In this document: one piece after another, positions 27,330 to 42,174 of the stretch
Position numbering within the stretch: the first letter of the stretch is position 1
How the letters are laid out: the number at the start of each line of letters is the position of its first letter
Source: Octopus sinensis
Taxonomy: Eukaryota
NCBI RefSeq assembly: GCF_006345805.1
Contig: NC_043004.1
Coordinates: 16,988,001 to 17,052,000 of the forward strand
Length of the DNA stretch: 64,000 bases
Reading direction: 5' to 3'
Made by a program: the position numbers and the translations under genes
Notes under the pieces: model-generated
The model's input: the letters and a program-made list of their open reading frames with translations, nothing else
The model's database searches: none
Told to the model about the DNA's origin: nothing

Positions 27330-27715
27330 TACAGGCATGACTGTCTTAAAAAGAAGCTCTTTTTGAAACATATCGTTTCAGGTTCGGTCCCACTGTACGG
27401 TACTCTCAGAGCCCTGGCTGACCAATGCCCTGAGAAAAACTCTGGAATTTCATTGAATATATATATGTGTGTGTGTGCCTCTGGTTGTGTTCGTCGCATT
27501 TATATGTGTATCAGCGTTTGTCCCCCCCCCACCCTCGCTCGATAATCTATGCTGGTATGTTTACGTCCCCGTAACGTAGTAGTTCGGCAAAAGAGACCGA
27601 TAGAATAAGTACTAAGCTTACCAAGAATAAGTCCTGGAGTCGATTTGTTCGACTAAAAAACCCTTTAAGGCTGTGCTCCAGCATAGCTGCAGTCAGAACA
27701 AATAAGAATAAAAGA
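27330..27715 (+). mobile_element. SINE family A, diverged
   Basis: ggttcggtcccactg..tttacgtccccgtaac..ggcaaaagagaccgatagaataagtact. Confidence 0.8.
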
Positions 27716-27783
27716 ATATATATATATATATATTTTATCAATGGCCAGCATATTAAAAAATACCTTCAAAGGTTAAAATTATA

Positions 27784-28429
27784 AACAACTTATAAATAAG
27801 GGCAAACGAAAAAATTTCTGATGCCAAATATGCCAAAAATTGGACATATTGTCCATTACCAAATAATTTTTCACAATACGCACGCTACTCGGAAAAAAGC
27901 CGACAGAAATTTCTAAAAAATTCCATTATTACCATATCGGACCGATTTCAGGGTTAGTTCGTTTTCCCTTATTTATAAGTTGTTTATAATTTTAACCTTT
28001 AAAAATTTCTTTTCGAAAAAATTTTATCCTACATTAAATATAAATTTAAGTGTTCACTTCCGGACTCTCTCACTCTATGAGAGTCTCAGTTCAAATCGCA
28101 CGTGTCTTGAATGGGCTGGGATATTTCTATTTTGCATGTATTTGGGGTACTTAATTGTGCTCATGATTTTGTGTTTTGCTTCTTCCATGGGTATGAGTAA
28201 GTATCTCATTTATTTCTTTGCCACATTTATCACTGACGAAGGGAGGGTTCTTACGAACTAACCCTGAAATCGGTCCGATATGGTAATAATGGAATTTTTT
28301 AGAAATTTCTGTCGGTTTTTTTTCGAGTAGCGTGCGTATTGTGACAAATTATATGGTTAATGGACGATATGTCCCATTTTCGGGATATTTGGCATTAGAA
28401 ATGTTTTCGTTTACCCTTATTTATAATTT

Positions 28430-28431
<2 letters not shown>
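27784..28431. mobile_element. Penelope-like inverted pLTR pair (~180-bp arms, ~290-bp spacer)
   Basis: 27784-27963 is the reverse complement of ~28252-28431; the right arm continues upstream into a hammerhead core. Confidence 0.75.
28228..28280 (+). ncRNA. Type I hammerhead ribozyme motif (slightly degenerate)
   Basis: tatca-CTGACGA-aggg..gttc(ttac)gaac..ccct-GAAA-tcgg-TC-cgata; stem II aggg/ccct; A.C mismatch at the base of stem I. Confidence 0.6.
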
Positions 28432-28483
<52 letters not shown>

Positions 28484-28672
28484 TGAGAGAGAGAGAGAAA
28501 GGGGGAGATACATACATGCATACATACATATATATAAAAGCACTTTTTATCTTCATTCTCTCTGAGATTGCTAATATTCGTGGTTTGGGTTTTGATTGTC
28601 TTTTCTAGCGTGTAAAGTGTTCTTTCAAAGGTCACCTCTTTCGTGTATAAATACTTAATTGTTTGTACATAT

Positions 28673-28731
<59 letters not shown>

Positions 28732-29554
28732 ATATATATATGTCTATACAGTGCACTTCCACACAGCACACCTTCCGTCTACTAGCTCATCTACGAGGTA
28801 TTTGCCGGCCCAGGATCATTGTAAAAGATATTTACCGTGCATTAGTACTGAACACATAAGTATGTCGGTTCAAAACGATCTTCTTAACGACATACCCAAA
28901 ATAAATATGACAGTGGAAGTATGTAGTTTATACATCCAAATATATTGAGACACAGAGAGAGAAAGAGAGAAAGAGAGAGAGAGAGAGAGACCATCATGGT
29001 TCTTTCTGCTTTCTTTTTCTCTAGGCAAACTTTAGAAAAGCAGGTTTTGCGATGTTCGAAAATAAAATATCAAATTGTGTGCGCAGCCTTAAAGATACGT
29101 CATTAAGCTGTGTTAGTTATAAACTGGTATTTTGAATCTAAAATAAAAGCATGCACAGAGGTAGTTTATTTCGCTCGCAATCAATGCACAACACTATTCC
29201 AGTGAATTCCCACTCAAAAACACATCCATCTTTTCTGAAGTAGAATACCCTGGGATTTCACTCTACTTCTAGATCTTTCTCTACGTTTTTTTTTTACTTT
29301 TACAAGATTTTCAGGGTTTTCTTTCTTTTTACAGTGGTCCTTTCTAAAGCTAATTGTTTTACAATATTTTGCATACTCATACACACACACACACACGCAC
29401 ACGCACACGCACGCACAAACACATCCGCGCGCACACAAACACGCACGTACACACACATATACATGCATACATACATATATATACATATAAACATATATAT
29501 ATATAATATATATACATATATATATATATTCATGTATTTATTTATTTATTCATT

Positions 29555-29733
29555 TACTTGTTTCAGTCATTTGACTGCGGCCATGCTTTTAGTCGAACGA
29601 ATGGTCCCCAGGACTTATTCTTTGTAAGTCTTGTACTTATTCTATCGGTTTTGGCGAACCACTAATTTACGGGGACGTAAACACACCAAGATCGGCTGTC
29701 AAGCGATGGTGGAGGGGACAAGCACAGACACAC

Positions 29734-29782
<49 letters not shown>

Positions 29783-29920
29783 CGACAGGCTTCTTTCAGT
29801 TTCCGTCTACCAAATCCACTCACAAAGCTTTGATAGGCCCGAGGCTGTAGTAGAAGTTGAACTAACCTGGAACCAAGGGGTTGGGAAGCAAGCTTCTTAC
29901 CGCATAGCCACGCTGCGCCT
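29555..29920 (-). mobile_element. SINE family A
   Basis: ttacttgtttcagtcatttgactgcggccatgc..ttccgtctaccaaatccactcac..cgcatagccacgctgcgcc. Confidence 0.88.
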
Positions 29921-30966
29921 ACACATTTATATATATATTTGTATACATGTATGTATGTATATGTGTGTGTGTTTATTTCTCTACATATCTCTTATGATAT
30001 CTATCAACCTGTCTGTCTCTCCTTTTTCAGATTGGATGTTTACATCGAGGCTTTTGATGTTCACATTAATATTCCGCAAGTTGATGTTTGTAATAAAAAC
30101 GTACCCATGATGGAAGTTTCAAAGAGATACAGTTCAGTCAGGTTTTGAATGAAGTCTTCAGAACGGATCTTAGCTTAACACAAAGCAAAGATAAAAAAAA
30201 ATAACAGGAGGAAAGTGGGACAAGAATTGCATTAAAAGCAATGAAATCAAACGTGTAGAGTGTTTGGCGATAAAGTTTTGACACTCAGACAAACAGTACT
30301 TTATGTGAGTTGTGATACAGAATAAAATATTGTGTAGCATAAGCACCGACCCAAATATATATAAGGTACTCGAATACGCCCACGTGGTTCTTATGGCGTT
30401 GAATAAAGGAATTTTCGCATCCATTTTTGTCAGTGTTATATAATAATTCAAAGATGAATAGGCGGTAAGAAGTCTATTTCTTAACTTATATGGTAGCTTT
30501 CTTGGATTGTAAACAAATAATCTTCACAATGTGGCACGATGTATTGATCAAGCATGTCAGTAATTTCTTGGAAATATACTCATGCATAAACTTTTTTCAA
30601 ATCTGTTGAAGTACACTTGTTCAGCAGTTGAGGACCACACGATACGTTATCGAGAATTGAGTACTTCCTAACGAATTATTCTTCACTTATACGGTGTTGT
30701 ATTTCTTTAGTATTCGGTTGATGTATTCGTTTTTATTATAGTTGTTCCGAAGATGCTATCTGAATGCTTCAATATATTCGTATGTATGCTTCCACTGTTT
30801 TTAGTATTTGTCAACAATAGAGGGAAATGCATCTCCAACCCAGAAACGAGATCCTTTCATTGCAACACTGAAACCAACTAAGTAGGCATGGAAGAATTTA
30901 TGTATTCATACATATACCAATGTGTGTGTGTGTTTGTGTGCCTCTGTGTGAGTATATGAGTGTTTA

Positions 30967-31013
<47 letters not shown>

Positions 31014-31039
31014 TATATATATATACATACACACACAGG

Positions 31040-31127
<88 letters not shown>

Positions 31128-33234
31128 AAGAGAGACAGAGAGAGGTGTGTGTGTATATGTATGTGTATGTATATATGTATGCATATGTATGTATGTATGT
31201 ATGTATGTATCTGCAAATATATATACACAAATGCCATTACTTGTGTGAATTGCTATGGTTTCATTCATGAATGTGTATGTATGATACGTATTCGTATGCC
31301 TATACTCATGTGTATATACATACTATTTCTGAGAGTTGTTCAAATTCTTCCCAGAATTCAAACCTATCACTGACAAAATGACAGGTCTTATTTGTGTCAA
31401 GACAGTTCCAAGGAACTCTGTGTGTGTGATGTGCGTGCGGCGGTGTGTGCGGCGGCGTGTGTGTGCAAAATTATTCCTTTCGCTATCAGTTCCTTCCTCT
31501 TCCCCTTCCTCTTCCTCTTCGTAGCAATCATCATTTTTTCTCAGTTCACCTTTCGTTTTGTTTTGCTTTCTCTTTTCAATCTTATCACATTCTTGTTCAC
31601 CTTTTCTCTTATATACATTTTATTATCTTTACCTTTATTTTTTTTTTACAGTCATTGTGCAATATTTTATTCATAACTTAATTTTACACCTGTTTCTCTC
31701 CTCTGATAATTCACCGTTGTCGAATGGTGTGAATATCTTCCCTATTACCTATAGTTTACAATTGTTTCTAGTATTCTCGTACACACTCCACATCGTTCTC
31801 TTATCCCCTTTCATTTTCAAAAGTTCTCTCTCGCTCTCTTTATCCCCTCTCTCTCTCCCTCTCTCTCTCTTTATTTCTCTTAATCTATTTCCCTTTGCAT
31901 GATCATTATTTCTTTTAACACTTAACTCATCTCTCCCTCTCACTTTACTTCACTCTCTTTCTTTCTTCATTTCTCCCTTCCTCCTTCCTTCTGTCTTTGG
32001 TACCTCAATTCTTCTTTGTATCTCAATTCTCCATCTCACCTTCACAATTACAATTATAACTTTAGCATTTCCTTTGTTTTAGCTTCTTTATGTCTTCTCT
32101 TTCTCGAGAAAAATTCCTATATTTTACTACAAAAACTAATTAGAAACATTACATTGGAAAATTATATTTAATAATTACAAAATGTCTCTAAATATATTTA
32201 TTAAATTGGACAAACATTTGCTGATGAAAATTACTTTTACACACACACACACACAAACATATATATATATATATATATATACATATGCACATATTATGCT
32301 GGAAGGGAAATTTTACAAGCTTATCACATGCGTTCAGAGTTGCTGTAAATATTTGTTTTATGTAAACAAAACAAGAATGCATATATAAGAACAGGAACAA
32401 GAAAGAAAACTGCATTGTTAGAGAGAAAATAAAGAAATATATTAAAGTAAACATGATTTTTCTCCATTATGGTTTCATGTATTTCAATAGTTTATGAGAA
32501 AGTATATTTATGTTCATATTCATATACGGGTGTGTGTGTGTGTGTGTGCGAGCGTGTGTGTGTGTGTGTGCGAGCGTGTGTGTGTGTATGCGAGCGTGTG
32601 TGTGTGTATGTATGCATGTATATATACATACACATGGTATTATATATATATGTATATATATACATATACATATATATATATATATATATATAAAGTGTTT
32701 ACGTATGTTGTAGATATGATTATATGCATGATTATAAGTGAGTGTATGTAATAATGTACACACACAAACAAACACACTCACACACACACACATATATATA
32801 TATATGGTGTGTGTGTGCATATTATGTAAATAGATAAATCAACAAATAGTTACATCGGTAGATGCATGTATGCATATACGTAGATAGGATAAATATAGAT
32901 AGATAGATATAGGTATATATATATATATACATACATACATACGTACATGCCGACATACATACTTATACACATACATATATACATACATACATACATACAA
33001 CATACATACATATAGCATACATTCATACATAAATACTTGTAGACATACATACATATACACATGCATACATATACACATACGTACACCATACATACATACA
33101 TACATACATACATACATACATACATACATACAAACATACGAGCAACAATACATGAGAAAAATGAATAAAATAAAAAAGCGATAGAATGATTTTTGTTAAG
33201 ATTATTAGTCTTCTTCGTATTATTATTATTATTA

Positions 33235-33269
<35 letters not shown>

Positions 33270-33320
33270 GTTATTGTATTATTATTATTGTGTTATTTAT
33301 TATTATTATTATTATTATTC

Positions 33321-33376
<56 letters not shown>

Positions 33377-33391
33377 TATTATTATTATAGA

Positions 33392-33912
33392 GTGAGAGAG
33401 CAGTTCATCCCATCAAAGTGACACTGGGGTAAAATATACAAAGCCCAATATACCCATCATGACTACCCGTCTGATAAGGGTACACAAGGCACATGCATCA
33501 CAACCATATGTGCGCGACATGGTGATCTCATATCAAGATAAACAGCAAATGACCTTGCGAGTGGAGCCCAGTTAGAAATTTCTTCAGGTTGAGTAACCCA
33601 TCCCGCTCAAAAGGTCCCTGAATAAGGGTTGTTTAAGGATGTTGAAAGAACCACCCATGTTTCCAGAGGTGAATTATTCAAACCCCAAAGAATCCCTCTC
33701 AACACATGGCTGCTCGTGATCAGAGATGCACATATCGTCAGCCACTAGGGGACATGCTCAACTGGTTAAGGTCAAACAACTGACAAGCAAATCTGTGGTA
33801 TTGAGCAGAATATTTGCCGTAGCCCATCTTTTATACCAAGACAAAACAATGTACATGATAACACTTCCAGTCAGTTAAGATCAGAAGCCATGAGAGCCAC
33901 TGCCTGGTACTG
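33392..33912 (-). mobile_element. Probable retroelement 3' region abutting (TAA)n
   Basis: Higher-GC non-coding block ending sharply at a long (ATT)n tract; single copy in this window, family not assignable. Confidence 0.4.
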
Positions 33913-34396
33913 CAAAGCTGCCAGTATCGTTAGCATGCCGGGAAAAATGCTTAGCGGCATTTCGTCCGTCGCTACGTTCTGTGTTCAAATACCGCCGGGT
34001 TTGACTTTGCCTGCCATTTCTTTGATGTCGATAAATTAAGTATCAGTTGAATACTATGGTCGATCTAATCGACGCATCCCCTCCCACAAAATAGCTACAT
34101 TATTACCATTATTGTTATTATTATTTTTATTTTTATTCTTATTCTTATTATTCTTATTCTTCTTATTATTATTATTTTTTTTATTTTTATTATTTTTATC
34201 ATTATTATTATTATTATTACTATTACTACTACTACTATTGCTGCTGCTGCTGCTGCTACTACTACTACTATTGCTATGACAGCCACTGCTATAATAGTAG
34301 CAGTTAAAAAGTAAGGAGTTGATATAGTTGTCACCTTTTTATTTTTATTTTTATTGTTGTTGTGTCTGTTATCGTTGTTTATATTACTATTGCAAC

Positions 34397-34480
34397 GTGG
34401 AGGCGTAATGGACCAGAGGTTAGGGCAGCGACCTTGCAATCATAGGCTCGCGGTTTCGATTCTCAGACAGGACGTTGTTT
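34397..34480 (+). mobile_element. SINE family C 5' head, cut by the gap
   Basis: gtggaggcgtaatggaccagaggttagggcagcg..ggtttcgattctcagac. Confidence 0.75.
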
Positions 34481-34481
34481 A

Positions 34482-34581
34482 NNNNNNNNNNNNNNNNNNN
34501 NNNNNNNNNNNNNNNNNNNNNNNNNNNNNNNNNNNNNNNNNNNNNNNNNNNNNNNNNNNNNNNNNNNNNNNNNNNNNNNNN
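34482..34581. other. Assembly gap (100 N)
   Basis: Run of n. Confidence 1.
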
Positions 34582-34877
34582 AGCTCTTCGCTGACTATTG
34601 ATGATAGACATCATGTTGTTTTGGAGTTTATGTTTTTTAATCTCTAGCGACGAGATGGCAGTCAGGTTGGTGTGTTGCTGTTGACGTATTTCAGCATATA
34701 TATATATTATATATATATCTATATATATATATATTATATTATATAGTAACCAGGCTGTATATTTGTTTCGAAATGAAGTTACACAAACAATATATATACA
34801 TACACACACACATATATAGGCATATGTAAGTGAGCATGTCTGAATGTGCATATAAATTTGTGGTGTCATGTATATAT

Positions 34878-34911
<34 letters not shown>

Positions 34912-34980
34912 CATATAATATATATATTGATGTGGGTGTGAGTGTGTGGGTGTATATTTTAGAACTCGAAAGTAGATAGT

Positions 34981-35046
<66 letters not shown>

Positions 35047-35187
35047 CGCAAGCAGGCAAGACGACAGACAGACAGATAGATAGACAGACAGGCAGACAGA
35101 CAGACAGGCAAAGAGACAGGCAGGCAGACAGACAGGCAGATAGATAACTTTCTTTATTGGCCACATAGGGCTGAATACAGAGGGGAC

Positions 35188-35260
<73 letters not shown>

Positions 35261-35848
35261 CCGATTTCTATACTATAAAAACGAGAAGCAAAAACACGAA
35301 TGAAATAAGGTTGAAATGAAATTTCAACATTATTCCACTCCGGTTTTTTTTTTCTCAATTTTTTCGGTTGCTTTGATTTCTTTATATTATTTTTGTTATT
35401 TTCATTTAACCTTTGTTACTGTTTCTTACAATAAAGTTCCTTGAAATGTTTACATGATCTTTGTGTAGTTGAAGCAAACTGAGAAAAAAAAAAACGAAGA
35501 ACAAAATGTCAGTATATAAGTAAAGGAAAACAACCTGCCCAAAAGACTGTGACTTAAGAGCGCCGAAAGAGAAATGTATGTGCAAAAAGTAAAAAGAATA
35601 TGTTAAACTTAACATATACGTGTATCCACGTGTTAAGAATTCTTTGTGTGTGAATCATATATTAGACAACACATGTGCTTATGTGAATATTTTTATAACC
35701 ATAGAAATAAGTGAAATTATTCCACAATATATCAGCAAATGACTGAAACAAGTAAAAAGATACATGTACAAATATATGGTGTGTGTTCTGTATATATATA
35801 TATTATATATATATAAATATAATATATATATATATATATAATATTATA

Positions 35849-35886
<38 letters not shown>

Positions 35887-36041
35887 ATATATATATATAT
35901 ATATACATACATATACATATATATATATATTTATATATATATATATATATAATTATATATATAACATACATATACATACATACATATATATATATATATC
36001 TATATATATATACATACATATACATACATATATATACGTAC

Positions 36042-36083
<42 letters not shown>

Positions 36084-36187
36084 CATAAATACAATATATA
36101 TATGTATGTATGTATATTATATATATATATATATATACATACATAAATATATATATATACATATATATATATTATATACATACATAA

Positions 36188-36224
<37 letters not shown>

Positions 36225-36296
36225 ATATGTATGTATGTTATAAATTATATATATATATATATATTATATAATATATATATATAATAATATATATAT

Positions 36297-36437
<141 letters not shown>

Positions 36438-37191
36438 TATATATATATACTATATATATGTACACGCACATACATGTATATTACACAAACACACACGGTA
36501 TTATGTGTATCATTGAGCATGTGGGCTGTTACAGTGCGCACGTACGTTTCTGCTTGTGTCAATATCTTTTGCATTTGTTACGTGTATGTTTGTGTGCGTG
36601 CATGTTAATATTCATGTGCATTTTTCTATTAAAGTGCAAATTGTATAAATATAAATACAAATACTGAATACGAAACGTATAAGTATGAATATAATATATA
36701 TAAGTATAATATAAGCATAATTTCGAAATACAGTAAATAAGAAACAACGGTTGGAATTTGAGAAAAATCAATGATGGGAAAAGCAATACTGAAAACTGTC
36801 TTAAACTGATAGACTTTTCTATAAACATATAGATAAATGCCTTGACAAGATTTTCTACATGTTTCTGAATTAGAACGTGTCACTATGTGAAGCTTTGTGC
36901 AACTCAGCTAAAGTAATAAATGATACCCTCGAGTAAAAGCCTATCAAACTGTAACTGTTTTGTCATATGCTTGATAAATATCTTCGAGTTTTTTGTAGTG
37001 TAAATATATCTATTTGATACAGTTCTTGAGATAATATTATTAAGGTACTACTTCATTAAATGTATCATTACCGAAAGATTTAATACTGGGCATCAATCCA
37101 TATAGCATTTCCATCACAGTACACCACTATAAACTACACATATGCCTGCCACATATACAGTCTGTATACATATACAGTGTGCACGGGCTCG

Positions 37192-37335
37192 TTAGCCTGT
37201 CATGGGATTGACTATGAAACAAAGTCACTCACAGACGTCCCAATGGACCCAGGGCAAATGAGGCATTTCAGCTCTTTAGTGGCTCCTGTAAGAGAAGGTT
37301 ACTCCATACAAATCCTGCACCCTGATAACTACGAT
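37192..37335. repeat. Old dispersed repeat, homologous to 39595-39735
   Basis: Shared ttagcctgtcat..aagtcact..ctctttag..aagagaaggt.actccatac..cctgataactac. Confidence 0.65.
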
Positions 37336-38003
37336 TCTTGTGACATTTGTTGCATTAGACCAATACAAATCTTGAACTAGCTCTACAAAAAGCATGCACA
37401 CAATAATATTTATTGTATCTCTGAGTGTCTCAGACAACTTCGTCTCTCTTCTTATTGTCGTGATGGCCCAGCGGTGAACGTCACTTTGAAGTTGCTTATC
37501 GGTCACTTTTGCATCCAGTTGATTCTGTGATGCTATCCTATGTAGTGGCCTTCAGTCACTTTTATTAACCCATCACATAATGTGGAGATGAATCTTTTAT
37601 ATCCAAAATCTCCATTCTCTCATGATCACTTCATCTTCAGAAAAATGTCGCAAGAAGAATGCATACTGGTTTAGTTACCTTCGGTTCCTAAATAAGAGAA
37701 GCGCTTTCAGATTGTTCAGCGATCGTGCAATGAGCCACGATGCATACGCAATTAACATTTGTTTTCGGATTAACTGTATTGTTGACGAATCCTTTGATGG
37801 GCATACTTTGATGAAAGGCGTTCCAGATTGTGACCACCCAACCTATTAGTGCGTGTATTTCATTTGCTTTTGTCTTCTTACGTCGTTTGTCTTTCCTGTT
37901 AACTACAATCCCCATTGAATAATTTGAAAGATCTGACTGCCATTCTTAATAAATAAGACGAGACTGCTAATTCGAAGGACTTGGTAAAGATAGACCATCT
38001 ACT

Positions 38004-38087
<84 letters not shown>

Positions 38088-39169
38088 ACGATTAATGTGC
38101 AATATTAAGATTACAGAAGGCCTGTGTCAGTTGATTTATTTATGAGGATTGCTTTTATTTTTTACTTTTTTCCTCGGAAGGTAACTTTCAACAAAGAGGC
38201 GAGTTACTCTGTGAACTATTTAAACTGTTCTATTTTTATGTATTTTAATATGTTAAATTTATGTTCTTTTCTTTCGCTTTTTTCTTCGCCATAAATTTGC
38301 CCAACGCTGCTCGTCTTATCGACAGTTTTCTGCCATTAAATTCATGAATTATAATTGTCTTTTCGACAATTTTCTTTTGTGAAGCTAATATCGATAGATC
38401 TAACTCTCTTTAAATGCATATCAGACGAAGAAAATTCATAAAGATTGGTCCCGATTACCTACTATGAAATTTAAATGTGTCTTATTAATGTGCAGTTTTT
38501 CACATTAAAGAAGTTACTTTGATATCATCATATGACAACAGCAAATTTCTAGGCTCCCATAGATATAAACTTTAATATCTATTCAGTTGTTTACTGTCGT
38601 TGTTATTGAAGTTGTTTGTAAGCAATAATTCTTCATTATATTTACCAGTGATATGTAATAAACTATACTTGGCTAAAAGGATGATATATCAGATGTAAAT
38701 GTAACATTCTGTCATGCTTTAGTTAAATGACATGCACGAATGATGTGTCTGGTCTTTTTTGTCTATACATAAATATATCTGCCTTCCCTTCGCCAATCAA
38801 ATTCATACATTGCCCAGTAAAAATGCAGTCTAAATACTAGACAATGCATGGCGGGTCGATCTGCGGATGTAAATGTGTTTTTTAGGTATAAAGTTTATAT
38901 ATACGTATAAAGTTTATATATACGTATATAATCTCTGCACATTTGTAAAAGAAATTAAGTGTGCAGATTTTTGTACAAATGACAGTTTTTTTCTCTCGGC
39001 CAGATATATATTTTACGGTGACATAATTTGGTTTGAATTTCAGAAAAAAAGCTTTACTATATTCGTTCCATCTCTAGTCATTATAAACAATTTACACTGT
39101 CAATTTTTGCCTTTCGTCCTTTCGCAGTTGAGGAATAAGAGAAAAGTTCATCTCTCTCTCTCTCTCTCC

Positions 39170-39217
<48 letters not shown>

Positions 39218-39234
39218 ATATATATATCTTTGTT

Positions 39235-39265
<31 letters not shown>

Positions 39266-39339
39266 TTCTTTCTCTGTGTTTATCTATCTATCACTTTCTC
39301 TCTCTTCTAACTAATTCTCCTTGGAAGAAACCGGTCGGG

Positions 39340-39960
39340 ATCGAAGCTGGAGAGGGATACGCACCACCAGGTTTAAATTTCCCAAGACACACCACCCGTA
39401 CGACTCCACCAGAAGTTGAGGCGTGAAGGAAGAGAGGTATATTTAGCTTGGGTATGGATATCCGGTACATCCACTAGTTGATGAGTTCCAGGATTTAGAG
39501 GAGAGTGAAAACCAGCCAACTTAGCCACTATGGTTCCTAGGTTTACTCTGATCCGGAATAACAGCATCTGCCACGGTCCCAGCGATTGGTTAATTAGCCT
39601 GTCATAGAAATGCCTCCGAAAGAAAGTCACTAACAAACAACCCAACGTATCCAAGGCAGATGAGATACTTCACCTCTTTAGCAACTCATCTAAGAGAAGG
39701 TAACTCCATACATATTCTGCATCCTGATAACTACTGGGCTCATGGTACGTGTTTGAACCAGACCAGTTTGTAGGACTTGGGAGTGGGAATGATTCTTCAC
39801 AAGCTTTGCCCATTATAATGATAAACCCCTGATGCTTTGAGGGGTAATATATAGAGCATTTGAAAAGGATTGAGATAGTAAACCCCGATGGAAAAATTCG
39901 GAGGACTGGGAAGATCCTAATGTAGATATGTACGGTTATGATTAATCTGGGACAAGACAC
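39340..39960. mobile_element. Degenerate retroelement-derived block (RTE-like 5' region suspected)
   Basis: Elevated GC; contains the repeat shared with 37192-37335 and gcaactcatctaagagaagg; no intact ORF. Confidence 0.35.
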
Positions 39961-40861
39961 TTGCTTTTAAAAACAGCTTAGGCACAGCAGAAGGGGTTCA
40001 AATACTATCTTTGCAATGCCGTCGACCAACAGAAAAAGGGCCAACCAAACTATATTTAGTGCTTGTCCACACACACCTAGTTGCGAAATGTACTTTTTGA
40101 CAACCGTGTGGATGACAGAAATGTCAAAACATTAAACTATATGTGGATCATACAAAATGTCTAATGTATATTTTATGTGCAAAGCTAATACACTTGCAAT
40201 AGATGCAAAAACGTTTCGTGTAAATGAAACACATATGTATTCAATTAATCTTAAAATATTTGAAATCTGTATCACTAAAAATCTTGTAACGACCAGCTTC
40301 ATGAACAGACAAATAATCTTATTTACTGTGGTTTTAATTAGATAGTATCGTATAGAATTTAGAAGAAGGTTTTGAAGGAAAACTGCTGTGCTTTGAAATT
40401 ACACAAGAAACATATTTATATACAATGATACTAACTTGAAATCTATTTATATGAAGACACAGTTGTTATAGTCCAAATATGGATAATTTCTTCTCCAATC
40501 TGAAAAAAAAAGAATATGTACATAAATAAATGGATGGGTTCAGATATGTATACGCATATTAATATGCGTACGTTGGTGTGTGTTTGATAAAGTGGTAGAG
40601 AGGCAGGGTTCTACATACACACACACACATATATATATGTATATATATATGCGTGTGTGTGGGTGTGTGTACACATATATACATATATTCGTATAATAGG
40701 CATGGAGAAAGATGATTCAGTAGGGGATAAAACGAAAGAGACGAAGAGTATGCGGCATATATAGCTAATTACATAGAATTTAGTCAATCAAGAAGGCAGG
40801 CTGACAAACAGATAGACAGACAGAAAGACATTCAGACAGACAGACATTCAGACAGACAGAC

Positions 40862-41092
<231 letters not shown>

Positions 41093-42052
41093 CAGGTTAA
41101 CGCTTAAGCAGGGATGGTAGGACAACATTCATGTCTAACTGCAGTTCTTCAAAGACTGATGATGTGAATAAGTAGGAAACGGCTATATTCTTGCGTTGCA
41201 GGAGAGACGTATAATAATATTGAATTATTTCCAGACAAAAAATCTCACCTGAATGCTCGCGTCAGAGTGAACCTCTAAGGGCACCCATGTGCTAAGCGGA
41301 GGTGTTAAACTGCATTGAGCATTAGTTCTGACACTCAAGATCAGATAGGCTACATCCAAATGGACGCCACACAGTTTCATAGCGCTTGGGTTACACTATA
41401 GAAAAATACATCTATCTTCAGTCAGCACTGATTTACTCATCACTCATTCGGAATAACACGGTACGTTGTGTTTCGTGTCGCGCTTATTACGAATAGATCT
41501 GGGATAAAACTGGTCGGCGATCAATCGAAGATTCTGCTTGGATCACAAAAGCGCGCCATAGCAACGTTCCACAATGCTCAAGGCAACTTGGCGTTTCAGG
41601 TCGAAACATATTTAGTCCAATATGTTCTATTATTCATTTATCACTGATTCGTTTAACACGATGTATTTATGTTAAATCAAACATCCGTAATAAACGAGGA
41701 TATATAATATAGTATATGTTTAACTGCATTATTATATTAGCTTCTTCAGGAGTAATTTGAAGGCATTTAAGTCTCTGCCTCTTGGCCGTTTAAAAGCTCT
41801 TTCATTAGCTTAAAATGTACGATAATCGATGATGTTCTGATTTAATTCATTGATCACGATGTTATTTGAAAACAAACACGCATGATGAACGAGGATAGAC
41901 GTACTAGAAATCACGTGAGATCGAAACTGGAACCATGCGAATCGAAGCGAACTTGTTAATCACACAGACATGGTTTTGGTACGTGAGGAATAAAGTAATA
42001 AAGAAACAAATAAACATCATATATGTATATACATATATACATATATATACAC

Positions 42053-42087
<35 letters not shown>

Positions 42088-42139
42088 CATATATATAAAT
42101 ATATAAATATATATATACATATATATATATACATATATA

Positions 42140-42174
<35 letters not shown>

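Noticed and set aside
34582-34695. Post-gap segment possibly a Penelope terminus (minus strand gaaatacgtc)
   Set aside because: Only half a hammerhead-like string; no CUGANGA box visible
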